Shown: in pieces, positions 1 to 8,859 of the stretch | Layout of the letters: each line of letters begins with the position of its first letter | Numbering within the stretch: the first letter of the stretch is position 1 | Assembly (NCBI GenBank): GCA_965249285.1 | Contig: OZ252226.1 | Span: 1,187,095 to 1,251,094 of the forward strand | Source of the DNA: Candidatus Foliamicus sp. | Lineage (GTDB): Bacteria; Pseudomonadota; Gammaproteobacteria; Steroidobacterales; Foliamicaceae | Length of the DNA stretch: 64,000 nucleotides | Direction of reading: 5' to 3' | The notes under the pieces: model-generated | The model's database searches: none | Seen by the model: only the letters and a program-made list of their open reading frames with translations | What the model was told of the DNA's origin: nothing | Position numbers and translations under genes: made by a program

Positions 1-1152
1 CTCCCGCACAAATCGCTGATCCAGGTCGCGGGCGCGAACACAGCCCAGCAGGGCCAGATCTCGCTCCACTTCCTCGCGAAGAATCTGCAAGGCACGATCC
101 ACGCCGGCTTCGCCGCCGGCCCCGAGACCGTACAAGTAGCCTCGACCGGTAGAACAGGCGGTGGCGCCCAGCGCCAGCGCCTTTAGCACGTGCGTGCCCC
201 GCCGCACGCCGCCATCCACAATCACTTCGGCGTCGCCGCCGATCGTGTCGCGAACTTCCCGCACAAGATCAACCGGCGCGGGAACGCCATCCAATTGGCG
301 GCCTCCGTGATTGGAAAGCATTACCGCGCTGGCGCCGGCCTCGACCGACCGGCGGGCGTCTTCGGCGCACATGACACCCTTGATGGCGAACGGCCCGCCC
401 CACTGCTCGATCATGCGTGCGGCGTCGTCCCAGTCCACCGTCTTATCGAATTGGCGTCCGACATAGCCCATCAGGTTGGTGTCGTCGCTATCCTTTACTC
501 GGTGGGCGAAGTTAGCCATGACGGTGGCTCCTGACCGGACGTAGTGATAGGACCAAGTCAGGTGCCGGGCGACATCAAGTTGGCTCATCAGGGTAAGTTT
601 CGGAGGAACCGTCATCCCGGTGTAGTAGTCGCGCTCGCGATTGCCCCCAACCGGAACGTCCACCGTCAGACACAAGGCCGAATAGTTCGCCTCCTTGCAT
701 CGCTCGATGAACTCCCGGTTCAGCCCCGGATCCTTTAGCACATAGATCTGGAACATACGCGGCCCCTCGCTGGCGGTGGCCACGTCCTCAATGGTGGTGG
801 ACCCCAGCGTCGAAAGCGCATACATGGTGCCCGATCGATGCGCCGCGCGCACCGCACCCACCTCGCCCTCGTGGTGAAAGATTCGCGACATGCCCGTGGG
901 GGAGCAAAACAGCGGCCATTCCAGCTTCTGGCCCAGCACCGTAACGCTTGCATCCACCTTTTCCACGTTCACCAGGTAGCGCGGCAGCAATTCGTAGTTG
1001 TCGAAAGCAGCCGTGTTGTTGTGAAGCGAACGTTCGTCGTCGGCGCCGCCCCGGAGGTAGTGATACATCGGGGTAGGGAGGCGCTTGCGCGCCACCTTGC
1101 GCAGGTCCTCCAGGTTGTAGCAACGCTTGAGTTTTCGCGCCTCAAACATCAT
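1..1152 (-). CDS. FMN-dependent alpha-hydroxy acid oxidase/dehydrogenase (LldD-like); stop lies beyond window start
   Basis: Manual translation, absent from ORF track: MMFEARKLKRCYNLEDLRKVARKRLP..., catalytic SNHGGRQLDG and DGGVRRG motifs; open to base 1; start overlaps the upstream gene's stop. Confidence 0.9.
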   Translation of the reverse strand, partial: MMFEARKLKRCYNLEDLRKVARKRLPTPMYHYLRGGADDERSLHNNTAAFDNYELLPRYLVNVEKVDASVTVLGQKLEWPLFCSPTGMSRIFHHEGEVGAVRAAHRSGTMYALSTLGSTTIEDVATASEGPRMFQIYVLKDPGLNREFIERCKEANYSALCLTVDVPVGGNRERDYYTGMTVPPKLTLMSQLDVARHLTWSYHYVRSGATVMANFAHRVKDSDDTNLMGYVGRQFDKTVDWDDAARMIEQWGGPFAIKGVMCAEDARRSVEAGASAVMLSNHGGRQLDGVPAPVDLVREVRDTIGGDAEVIVDGGVRRGTHVLKALALGATACSTGRGYLYGLGAGGEAGVDRALQILREEVERDLALLGCVRARDLDQRFVRE

Positions 1153-2417
1153 CCAAACCTCGCCAGTTCGTAGTCCGCCAGCGAAAAATTCTGCTGCTCG
1201 CCGAGCAACTGCTGCGCCAGCGCCTTGCCGGTTCCCGCCGCCATCGACCATCCAAGGTGTCCGTGCCCGGTAGCCAGAGACAACCCCTCCAGCCCGCTGG
1301 CGCCGACGATGGGCACCCCGTCCGGGGAAGCCGGGCGCAGGCCGCACCAGGGGCGCATTTCTTCCACCGGGATACGCTCGGCGTGGCGTGGAAGCACTCC
1401 GGCAAGAAGATTGCGCAGGTTGGCCACCCGCTCGGGCGAGAGTTCCTGGTTGAAACCGGTGAATTCCACCGTCCCTGCAACGCGAATACGGCTTCCGCCC
1501 AACGGCACCACGCCGGCCTTGTAGCCATCATCCAGCACCGCGTGACCTAGAGGCGGTAATCCTTCGGGCATGGGGGTGGTGAGGGAGTAACCCTTGGCGG
1601 GACAAACAGGGACCCGAACACCCAGGGGCCGTACAAGCTGCGGCGTGTAACTGCCTGCGGCAACGACAACGTGATCCGCTTCAATCTCTTCGCCACTATC
1701 CAAGCGTACACCCATAACCTGCCCCCGCAGCCCCAGCATTTCCTGTGCCGTCTCCCCAAAGCGAAACACCGCGCCGTGCCGGGCCGAATGCTGCTCCAAG
1801 CTGCAACTGAACTTGTAGGCGTCGCCGACTTCATCCGCCGGAAAATAGAATCCGCCCACCAGCTTCTGCTGTATAGGAGCCAGGGCGGGCTCCAGTTCCA
1901 CCACCTCGACGGGACTCAATTCCCGGGTCGGAACCTGATCGGCGCCGAGAACTCGGGCGCGCTCCCTCCCCGTTCGCATCGAAGCTTCTTCCCGGCACAC
2001 TTCCATGACACCCGAAAGATCAGCCTCATACTCGACTGCGGTATCGGATCGTAATTCCTTCATTATTTCAATTGAATAAATACATAATCTTAAATTCTTT
2101 CTAAGATTATTCTCGTGGTATTTGGAACGGCTGTTACACAAGAACCGGTAGCCCCAGTGCAGCAGTCCGGGAAACGCGGCCGGCCTGACAAGCAGCGCAG
2201 CTTCCTTGCGGCCCAAATATTTCAGAAGCTTGAGCCACACACCCGGTGAATTCCACGGCGCCGAGAGGCTTGGCGTCAGCATGCTGGCATTGGCGAAGCT
2301 GGTTTCCAACGCCGGACCTTCCCGGCGTTCCACTACGGTTACCCGGACGCCGGCCTGGATCAGAAACCAGGCCGTGGTGACGCCAATAACGCCACAGCCG
2401 ACAATCACTACATGCAT
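1149..2417 (-). CDS. D-amino acid dehydrogenase (DadA-like FAD oxidoreductase)
   Basis: N-terminal GCGVIG Rossmann motif, ETSFANA, WCGLRP, C-terminal GHGHLGWSMAAG. Confidence 0.9.
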   Translation of the reverse strand: MHVVIVGCGVIGVTTAWFLIQAGVRVTVVERREGPALETSFANASMLTPSLSAPWNSPGVWLKLLKYLGRKEAALLVRPAAFPGLLHWGYRFLCNSRSKYHENNLRKNLRLCIYSIEIMKELRSDTAVEYEADLSGVMEVCREEASMRTGRERARVLGADQVPTRELSPVEVVELEPALAPIQQKLVGGFYFPADEVGDAYKFSCSLEQHSARHGAVFRFGETAQEMLGLRGQVMGVRLDSGEEIEADHVVVAAGSYTPQLVRPLGVRVPVCPAKGYSLTTPMPEGLPPLGHAVLDDGYKAGVVPLGGSRIRVAGTVEFTGFNQELSPERVANLRNLLAGVLPRHAERIPVEEMRPWCGLRPASPDGVPIVGASGLEGLSLATGHGHLGWSMAAGTGKALAQQLLGEQQNFSLADYELARFG

Positions 2418-2436
2418 TGCCCGACCCTAAGGCAAC

Positions 2437-3150
2437 TCAGGCAGCGATCAGACGGGCAAAACGCGAATATACGCGCCGGCCGATTTCTTCCGAGCGGGCC
2501 ATGTAAGTCACCGTGTCGGCAAGAATCCTGTCTGCGCTTATGCGTTCCTGCTTGCCCAACCAGCCGCGCGCCGCATCCCGTTGAACCCATTCCCTGATCA
2601 TCGACTCGATAATTTCAAGATGAAACTGGATTGCGTAGCCGTTCTTGCCATAGCGAAATGCCTGGTTAACGCAATCGGGAGAGGAGGCCAGGAGAACGGC
2701 CCCCGCCGGCAAATCAAAGGTATCTCCATGCCATTGCAATACCACTTCGCGTGAATCAAGCCCGGAAAACAAAGGATCTTCGGCAGCCGCATGGGTTGTT
2801 GTGAGGTCGTACCACCCTACTTCCTTCACGGGATTGGGGTATACCTCGCTGCCCAGGATCTTGCCCATGACTTGCGCCCCCAGGCAAACTCCTACCAGGG
2901 GCACCGAGCGATCCATTGCCTCTGCGCACAAGCGCTCAACCTGCAACAAATACGGAAAACGATCCGTATCGTTGGCGCCCATGGGCCCGCCCATTACTAC
3001 CAGGCCGGCATGCCCGTCAAGGCTCGGCTCAGCCGTGGCATCCTGTTGAAAATCCACGATATTGAGATCAAGCCCTGCGTCGCGAAGAAGTCCTTCGAGC
3101 ATGCCCTCGGTCTCGTAACTTACGTTGCGGATTACCAGTACTCTCTTCAT
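2437..3150 (-). CDS. Type 1 glutamine amidotransferase
   Basis: GGPMG, GVCLGAQ nucleophile elbow, QFHLE His-x-Glu. Confidence 0.9.
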   Translation of the reverse strand: MKRVLVIRNVSYETEGMLEGLLRDAGLDLNIVDFQQDATAEPSLDGHAGLVVMGGPMGANDTDRFPYLLQVERLCAEAMDRSVPLVGVCLGAQVMGKILGSEVYPNPVKEVGWYDLTTTHAAAEDPLFSGLDSREVVLQWHGDTFDLPAGAVLLASSPDCVNQAFRYGKNGYAIQFHLEIIESMIREWVQRDAARGWLGKQERISADRILADTVTYMARSEEIGRRVYSRFARLIAA

Positions 3151-3327
3151 CGTCTTGAATGCTCAATCGAGCGGACGCATTGTACTGCGGGGCGCCCCAC
3201 CAAACCGCGGCTTGCCCATCACAAATACCAACGGCAAGAATGAGGGCTCCCGAGATGAGCGACGTAAGGTTGCGATAATGCTTTGGAGCGATATTAGTCT
3301 CAGCAATGACACAAAAACAAACACCTT

Positions 3328-3378
3328 CCCCTGGGAACGAGGGCATCCTGCCCTCGCGGCGTCCCGCCCTCGCTCCAA
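3328..3378. repeat. REP-like palindromic intergenic repeat
   Basis: ctgggaacgagggcatcctgccctcg core, recurs at 7 other intergenic sites. Confidence 0.8.
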
Positions 3379-3405
3379 CCTCCTCCACGCACACCCCTAA
3401 GCCCC

Positions 3406-4080
3406 ATGAAAATCCTGCTCGTTGAAGACGAACCCGATCTGGCCACCGCCACCCAGCGTCTGCTGCGGCGCCATAACTACATCGTGGACATAGCCGAGAA
3501 CCTGTCCGTAGCGCGGTCCGCGCTGCACAACAGCCAATACGAAATTGTCCTGCTTGACCGGCGCCTGCCGGACGGCGACGGCGTAGAGTTGATCCATTTC
3601 GCGCAAGGCAACAACCTGACCTGCAAGTTCCTGGTGCTGTCCGCTCTGGGAGAGCTGCAGGAACGAATCGAAGGTCTGGACCTGGGCGCGGATGACTACA
3701 TGGTCAAGCCGTTCGAGCCGGAGGAGTTGTTAGCGCGAATGCGCGCAGCGGAACGGCGGCCGGTACCGGAAGTCGGTAAAGTTTTGGAGATAGGCGGACT
3801 GAGACTGGATTGTGATTCGCGCAATTTCGAGGTTGGAGGCGAGACGCTTGTCCTGCCCCGGCGTGAGATGGTGATCCTTGAGCAGCTCATCCATTCCGCC
3901 AACCGCGTAGTGGGCCGCGAGGTGCTGGAGAAGGCCATGTACGGCTACGATGAACAATTCGAATCCAACACGCTGGAGTCGCATATGTCGCGTTTACGCA
4001 AATCCATAGCTGACCGTGCCTGCGGCGTAAGAATCCACACGGTGCGGGGCGTTGGGTACATGTTGAGAGAAGATTCATGA
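3406..4080 (+). CDS. OmpR-family response regulator
   Basis: LLVEDE, LLDRRLPDGDG, ADDYMVKPF, C-terminal TVRGVGY winged helix. Confidence 0.95.
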   Translation: MKILLVEDEPDLATATQRLLRRHNYIVDIAENLSVARSALHNSQYEIVLLDRRLPDGDGVELIHFAQGNNLTCKFLVLSALGELQERIEGLDLGADDYMVKPFEPEELLARMRAAERRPVPEVGKVLEIGGLRLDCDSRNFEVGGETLVLPRREMVILEQLIHSANRVVGREVLEKAMYGYDEQFESNTLESHMSRLRKSIADRACGVRIHTVRGVGYMLREDS

Positions 4081-5471
4081 AGAAAACACGGCGCATTCCC
4101 CCCATATTCCGTTCGCTGGTGGGGCAAACAACATTGCTTTCCCTTGCGTTGCTACTGCTGGCGCTGGCCTATTTCGTGTTTCTGCCAATACTCACCATGG
4201 AGCGTCCCGATCCCAAACAAAGCACCCTTTACCTCGCAAGCAACAGTATGTTCCAAGTGCTGAACAACTCCGAAGAGCCCTTGAGCGCGATCGCGGACGC
4301 TGAAGATATGCGCGAAGTGATGGCGGAAAACAGCCAGTTCCGCCTCTACGTTCGGCGAGGCACCGAAGAGATGCAGATTGGAGCGCCCCCTCGCTGGTCA
4401 AGCGTTTTCTCTAATTCCGAGTTGTGGTCCAGTAAGGAAGAAGCAGCAACAAACGACTATACGCCCGCGAGTTCATTTGCCAGTTTCAACTTTAGCGAGG
4501 GCGCCGCCGTAGGCATGTCCAGTTACCGGCTGTACGAAGGGCAGGAATACTATTATGAAATCGGTGGGGTGGAATTCCCCATAGAGCGAGCGACCGGTTG
4601 GCTGGCCGGGCGGGATCCGGCCTTTTTCTGGATCTGGTCGAAGAACTTTCTGGCAGTGGGCGGCGCCATTTTGGCAGGGGTGCTTTTTCTACTCTATCTT
4701 CTGGTACGTTCGCTGCGGCGCCTGGCGAACGTTGCGCAATCGCTCGACCCGCAGGCGCCCAGCCACAGCCTGCCGGAGAAAGGGCTTCCTGCGGAAATAC
4801 TGCCGATGGTGCGTGCCATCAACAGCATGATTGGGCGAATTGACGAAGCCAACGAGGAACAGGCTTTCTTCCTTGCCGCGGCGGCGCACGAACTGCGTAC
4901 TCCGCTGGCGATTGTCCGAACTCGCCTCGAGAACCTTCCGGACGGGCCGGACAAGGAAGAACTGAAGGATGATCTCCGGCGAATGACGAGTCTGGTTGAT
5001 CAGTTACTACGCCTGATGAGCGTGCGCAACAAGGGCGCGCCTTCCCAGACGGTAGACCTGGTATCGGTTGCCAGGAATGTCGTGGCTGAACGGGCGCCGC
5101 TTGTGATCGACAAGGGTGTGGAAATCGACTTGGACGCGAACGGGGAACCAGTGCAGGTGCGTGGCGATGAACGCTTACTTAGAGTCGCATTGGCCAACCT
5201 TGTGGACAACGCGCTTTCTTTCAGCAGGTGCGGGCAGCGGCTTGAAGTGCAGGTGGGTCCGCGGAAAAAAATCACGGTCCGCGATCAGGGCCCCGGGATC
5301 CCGGACAAGGAACTGGAGAACATCTTCCGCCCCTTCGCCAAGAACCCGCCCAACCGCCGCGGGCACGGCCTGGGCCTTGCCATCACCCGTTCCATCATGG
5401 CGCTGCACGGCGGCAGCGTAAACGCCACCAACCTGAAAGGCGGCGGCGCCAGCTTCGCCCTCCAGTTCTAA
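4077..5471 (+). CDS. Sensor histidine kinase (2 TM, HAMP, HisKA, HATPase)
   Basis: AAHELRTPL H-box, NLVDNA N-box, DQGPGI, GHGLGLAI; ATGA overlap with the regulator. Confidence 0.95.
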   Translation: MKKTRRIPPIFRSLVGQTTLLSLALLLLALAYFVFLPILTMERPDPKQSTLYLASNSMFQVLNNSEEPLSAIADAEDMREVMAENSQFRLYVRRGTEEMQIGAPPRWSSVFSNSELWSSKEEAATNDYTPASSFASFNFSEGAAVGMSSYRLYEGQEYYYEIGGVEFPIERATGWLAGRDPAFFWIWSKNFLAVGGAILAGVLFLLYLLVRSLRRLANVAQSLDPQAPSHSLPEKGLPAEILPMVRAINSMIGRIDEANEEQAFFLAAAAHELRTPLAIVRTRLENLPDGPDKEELKDDLRRMTSLVDQLLRLMSVRNKGAPSQTVDLVSVARNVVAERAPLVIDKGVEIDLDANGEPVQVRGDERLLRVALANLVDNALSFSRCGQRLEVQVGPRKKITVRDQGPGIPDKELENIFRPFAKNPPNRRGHGLGLAITRSIMALHGGSVNATNLKGGGASFALQF

Positions 5472-5526
5472 CCTGGGAAAGAGGGCATCCTGCCCTCCGT
5501 CGAGGGCTGGAAGCCCTCGGTCCCAG
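5472..5526. repeat. REP-like palindromic repeat doublet
   Basis: cctgggaaagagggcatcctgccctcc...gccctcggtcccag between convergent genes. Confidence 0.8.
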
Positions 5527-5556
5527 CAAAGGCCTCGTCCCCTCCTTCGCACCTCC

Positions 5557-7512
5557 CTATTGCACCAGCACGCGAGCCACAACGGTCTCCGTTTGAGGCA
5601 GCAGGCACAAATCGTCCTTGCAGGTCTGGTAAGTAACCTCCGCGCTCACCTCATACAGCCCGGGCGATGTGCCGGCCGCAGCTTCGACCGATTGGCCCCA
5701 GGTAACGCCTTTGCCGATGTGAACGTCGTATGAGCCCTTGAAGCGAAAGGGCGGGCGCTTGACCGCGCCGGCAGCCTCCAATCCATCCGGCACGCTGAAA
5801 GTCACGCGGGTTTCTTTCATGCCCTGCTCGACATTCCGGCCGGTCGAAGCATAGACGTACCAGCCGTCCTGCATGTCGAGCTGAACATTGACGTCCGCAC
5901 TTCCACCCATCTCCAGCACTACGAGCGGGTCCGCCCGGACCGAAACCGGCGAAAATGGCTGGTCCGCTGAATCAGACTCTGCTGGATTCAGTTCCCCACT
6001 GCCCGTCCCGTTTTCGATCGTTGCGACATTGGTGGCAATCATCGGTGCTGCCTCAGCGCCCTTGCTTCCCAACATCACGTAAACGCGGCCCTGATGACGC
6101 ATCGTGAGCCAATAACCCTTGCCCATTTCATACAGTCTGCCGATTGTTTCGTCCCAGTAGGGCTGCTGCTCCACCGCAAACTGTCCCAACTCTTCGTCAC
6201 TGGGCATTTCAAAAGTCTCGCCCTCCTGCGCCCGCCGGGCGACTATTTCCGCATACATAGCACGGTATGTTTCCGCCGTCGGGCGGGGACGCGGGGGATA
6301 CAAGCCCGGGTCCTTGCCGGCGCTCTCCACCTTGTTAACCTCCTCCCATTCCCAAGACAATTCATCGCTGAATTCTCCGCCGTTGACCGTGGCCACGCTG
6401 GCGCCGATGATCAGATCGTTGACGCCATCCGCGTTCCAGTCGTCCACGTACACCCGCTGACCACTGCCCGGGATCGCTTTGGCGCCCGCTTCGGCCGGCA
6501 ACAGGTCAATGCCCGGCTCGAAACGATGCCCGTCCGGCGTCTTCACACCGCGGAAAAACGAAACCGCCCGGCTGTTCGGGCTGCGGTAGGAGTCGGTCAC
6601 CACCAAGTCAAGCACGCCGTCCTGGTCCCAATCGACGGCAAGCGGGTTGGGCTTGCCGTCGCCCGATGGCGCCAGGCTGCCTCCTGTCTGCATGTACTGC
6701 ACCTCACCTTCCGTGTACGAACGGGTTTGCAGCGGTCGCCCATTCACGTCCAGCAGTAACTTACGAACACCGAAGCTGGGATTCTTGGGTCCCCCGACGT
6801 TTTCGCTTACCCGCAAGCCACCGCTGCCACCAACGATCAGGTCGTAATCACCATCGTCGTCCAGGTCGCCGAACGTGGCAGAAGTGTATACCCAGTAGTC
6901 AAAGGTGCCGATATCGCCCGGTTCGCCATCGTAATCACGCCAACTGGGTTGACCGTTCGAGGCCGGGTCGCCTTCCTGCGGCAGCGTTTGGCCCGGCAGG
7001 AAGCCATCAGAGCTGCCTCGGAACCAGGTCACCTCGCCGGGGTGATACTGGCCGGTAATCATGTCCTTGTGGCCGTCGTCGTCCAGGTCGTAGAACATGG
7101 GCGTAAAACCGATGCAGCACCATTGCGGAATCTCCATGATGGTGTCTTCGGTATCCCTGGCCCACTCAAATTCGTCGGTGAATCTCGGTTCGGAATCAGT
7201 TCCTACGTTCAGGTATACGCGAATCGTGGAACCGTCCGCGCCCATCGGGAACTCCGGCCCCGAATTCGTCTTGAACTCGCCCACCAGCAGGTCGCGCTTG
7301 CCGTCGCCGTTCCAGTCCCACAGCGCCGGCGCCGCCAGGCCATGCTTCTCCGTTAGAACCGGCTTGTCGCCGGCCATCACCAGGAACGGTTCGCCGAGCT
7401 TTGGCGCGCCCGGAATGTCGGCCGGTTCAAGCTTCGGGAAACTCATTTCATCCGCGTATGCCGTGCTTGCGGCCAAAAGGGTTCCAATCAAAATAAGGCT
7501 GTTTCTTCGCAT
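5557..7512 (-). CDS. Secreted FG-GAP/VCBS-repeat protein with C-terminal DsbD N-terminal-like domain
   Basis: Signal peptide MRRNSLILIGTLLAASTAYA; five DxNxDGxxDL-type repeats; C-terminal GWYVY...TYQTCKDDLCLLP. Start moved from ORF-track 7881 to 7512. Confidence 0.75.
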   Translation of the reverse strand: MRRNSLILIGTLLAASTAYADEMSFPKLEPADIPGAPKLGEPFLVMAGDKPVLTEKHGLAAPALWDWNGDGKRDLLVGEFKTNSGPEFPMGADGSTIRVYLNVGTDSEPRFTDEFEWARDTEDTIMEIPQWCCIGFTPMFYDLDDDGHKDMITGQYHPGEVTWFRGSSDGFLPGQTLPQEGDPASNGQPSWRDYDGEPGDIGTFDYWVYTSATFGDLDDDGDYDLIVGGSGGLRVSENVGGPKNPSFGVRKLLLDVNGRPLQTRSYTEGEVQYMQTGGSLAPSGDGKPNPLAVDWDQDGVLDLVVTDSYRSPNSRAVSFFRGVKTPDGHRFEPGIDLLPAEAGAKAIPGSGQRVYVDDWNADGVNDLIIGASVATVNGGEFSDELSWEWEEVNKVESAGKDPGLYPPRPRPTAETYRAMYAEIVARRAQEGETFEMPSDEELGQFAVEQQPYWDETIGRLYEMGKGYWLTMRHQGRVYVMLGSKGAEAAPMIATNVATIENGTGSGELNPAESDSADQPFSPVSVRADPLVVLEMGGSADVNVQLDMQDGWYVYASTGRNVEQGMKETRVTFSVPDGLEAAGAVKRPPFRFKGSYDVHIGKGVTWGQSVEAAAGTSPGLYEVSAEVTYQTCKDDLCLLPQTETVVARVLVQ

Positions 7513-7696
7513 TCCGCATCTCTCCAAGAGCCACCTCTGATTACTATTTTCCATCATCAGGCTTACGCAATCCTTACGTCGGTGCACACGCTGAAGCGTA
7601 ATGCCCTCGTTCCCAACGTGTGCCCTGCGCGTCAGCACAGCGCCGCTCAATCTCGCAGCCAGCCGATGTCGTCGGGGCGTCGAGTAGGATGACGGA

Positions 7697-8833
7697 ATGC
7701 GAGTGGGGCTCTTGTTCGTCTGCGTTGTAACGCTGAATGGCGTGCAGGCGCAGGATGGGTCAAGCCTGGCGGAACAATACCGGCTCCCGCCCAGCCAATG
7801 GCCACCGTTTGTCGTTGACGATGGCGTGCAAGCCGAGGAAATCGGCCCCCTGCCCCCGCTACCGCCGGTCTCCTGGCACACGCCCGCTGCTGAACAGCTT
7901 GGGAAACTGCTGTTCTTCGATCCGCGTCTTTCCGGCTCAGGTCAGCTGGCCTGCGTTAGTTGTCACGACGTCCAATTGGACTGGGGTGACGGCCGCAGAG
8001 TAGCCGCCGGGCATGACCGCTTTGCAGGAAGCCGCAACGCCATGACGCTGCTCAACGCCGCTTATTTCGACCACCTTTTCTGGGACGGACGTGCCCAGGG
8101 GCTGCTGGAGCTGGCGCTACAGCCGATCCAGAGTCCGGCGGAAATGAACGCGGAAATACCGGCCATCATCTTGAAGCTCAAGGAGACGGACGGCTATCCG
8201 GATGCTTTTGGAGAGACGTTCGGGTCTCCCGGGATCACTGCGCAGCGCATAGCCGAGGCGCTTGCGTCCTACGTGCGTTCGATTGTCTGGTCCTCAAGCC
8301 GCTTCGACCGTTTCGTGCGCGGAGACTACGACCGTCTTACGGACCAGGAGATAAAAGGCCTGCATTTGTTCCGTACCCGCGCGCGCTGCATGAACTGCCA
8401 TCACGGTCCGCGCTTCTCCGATGGGCAATTCCACCATACGGGCTTGAGTTACTATGGAAGACGGTTCGAGGACCTTGGGAGGTCTGACGTCACCGGAAAA
8501 GCCGAAGACCGGGGCAAATTTCGCACCTCAACACTACGCAATGTCCATAACACCGGGCCGTGGATGCATAACGGCCTGTTTACGGACTTCACGGGCATCC
8601 TGCGTATGTATAACCATGGCATCACCTTCTCCGCCCGCCCGCGGCCCGGCGCCCCCGAGCTGTCGCCGCTGGTCCGCCCATTGGGTTTGGACAGCAGCGA
8701 ACTGGCCGCTCTCGAAGCCTTTCTCGATACCTTAAGCCGGCGCCCCTCATTTGTGGAGCCTCCCGAGCTCCCCGGATTCGATGCATCCGCCCACCGCTTG
8801 CAGACCGAATCCCAATCCAGCGCCCTGCGCTGA
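7697..8833 (+). CDS. Di-heme cytochrome c peroxidase (CCP/MauG family)
   Basis: Two heme motifs CVSCH and CMNCH, LFFDPRLS, FWDGRA, FRTSTLRN; signal peptide. Confidence 0.9.
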   Translation: MRVGLLFVCVVTLNGVQAQDGSSLAEQYRLPPSQWPPFVVDDGVQAEEIGPLPPLPPVSWHTPAAEQLGKLLFFDPRLSGSGQLACVSCHDVQLDWGDGRRVAAGHDRFAGSRNAMTLLNAAYFDHLFWDGRAQGLLELALQPIQSPAEMNAEIPAIILKLKETDGYPDAFGETFGSPGITAQRIAEALASYVRSIVWSSSRFDRFVRGDYDRLTDQEIKGLHLFRTRARCMNCHHGPRFSDGQFHHTGLSYYGRRFEDLGRSDVTGKAEDRGKFRTSTLRNVHNTGPWMHNGLFTDFTGILRMYNHGITFSARPRPGAPELSPLVRPLGLDSSELAALEAFLDTLSRRPSFVEPPELPGFDASAHRLQTESQSSALR

Positions 8834-8859
8834 GCACTTTTCCCGGGAGGGAAAGCAAC

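Noticed and set aside
7513-7881. N-terminal extension of the FG-GAP ORF to 7881
   Set aside because: It overlaps the peroxidase gene on the other strand; a good signal peptide begins at 7512.
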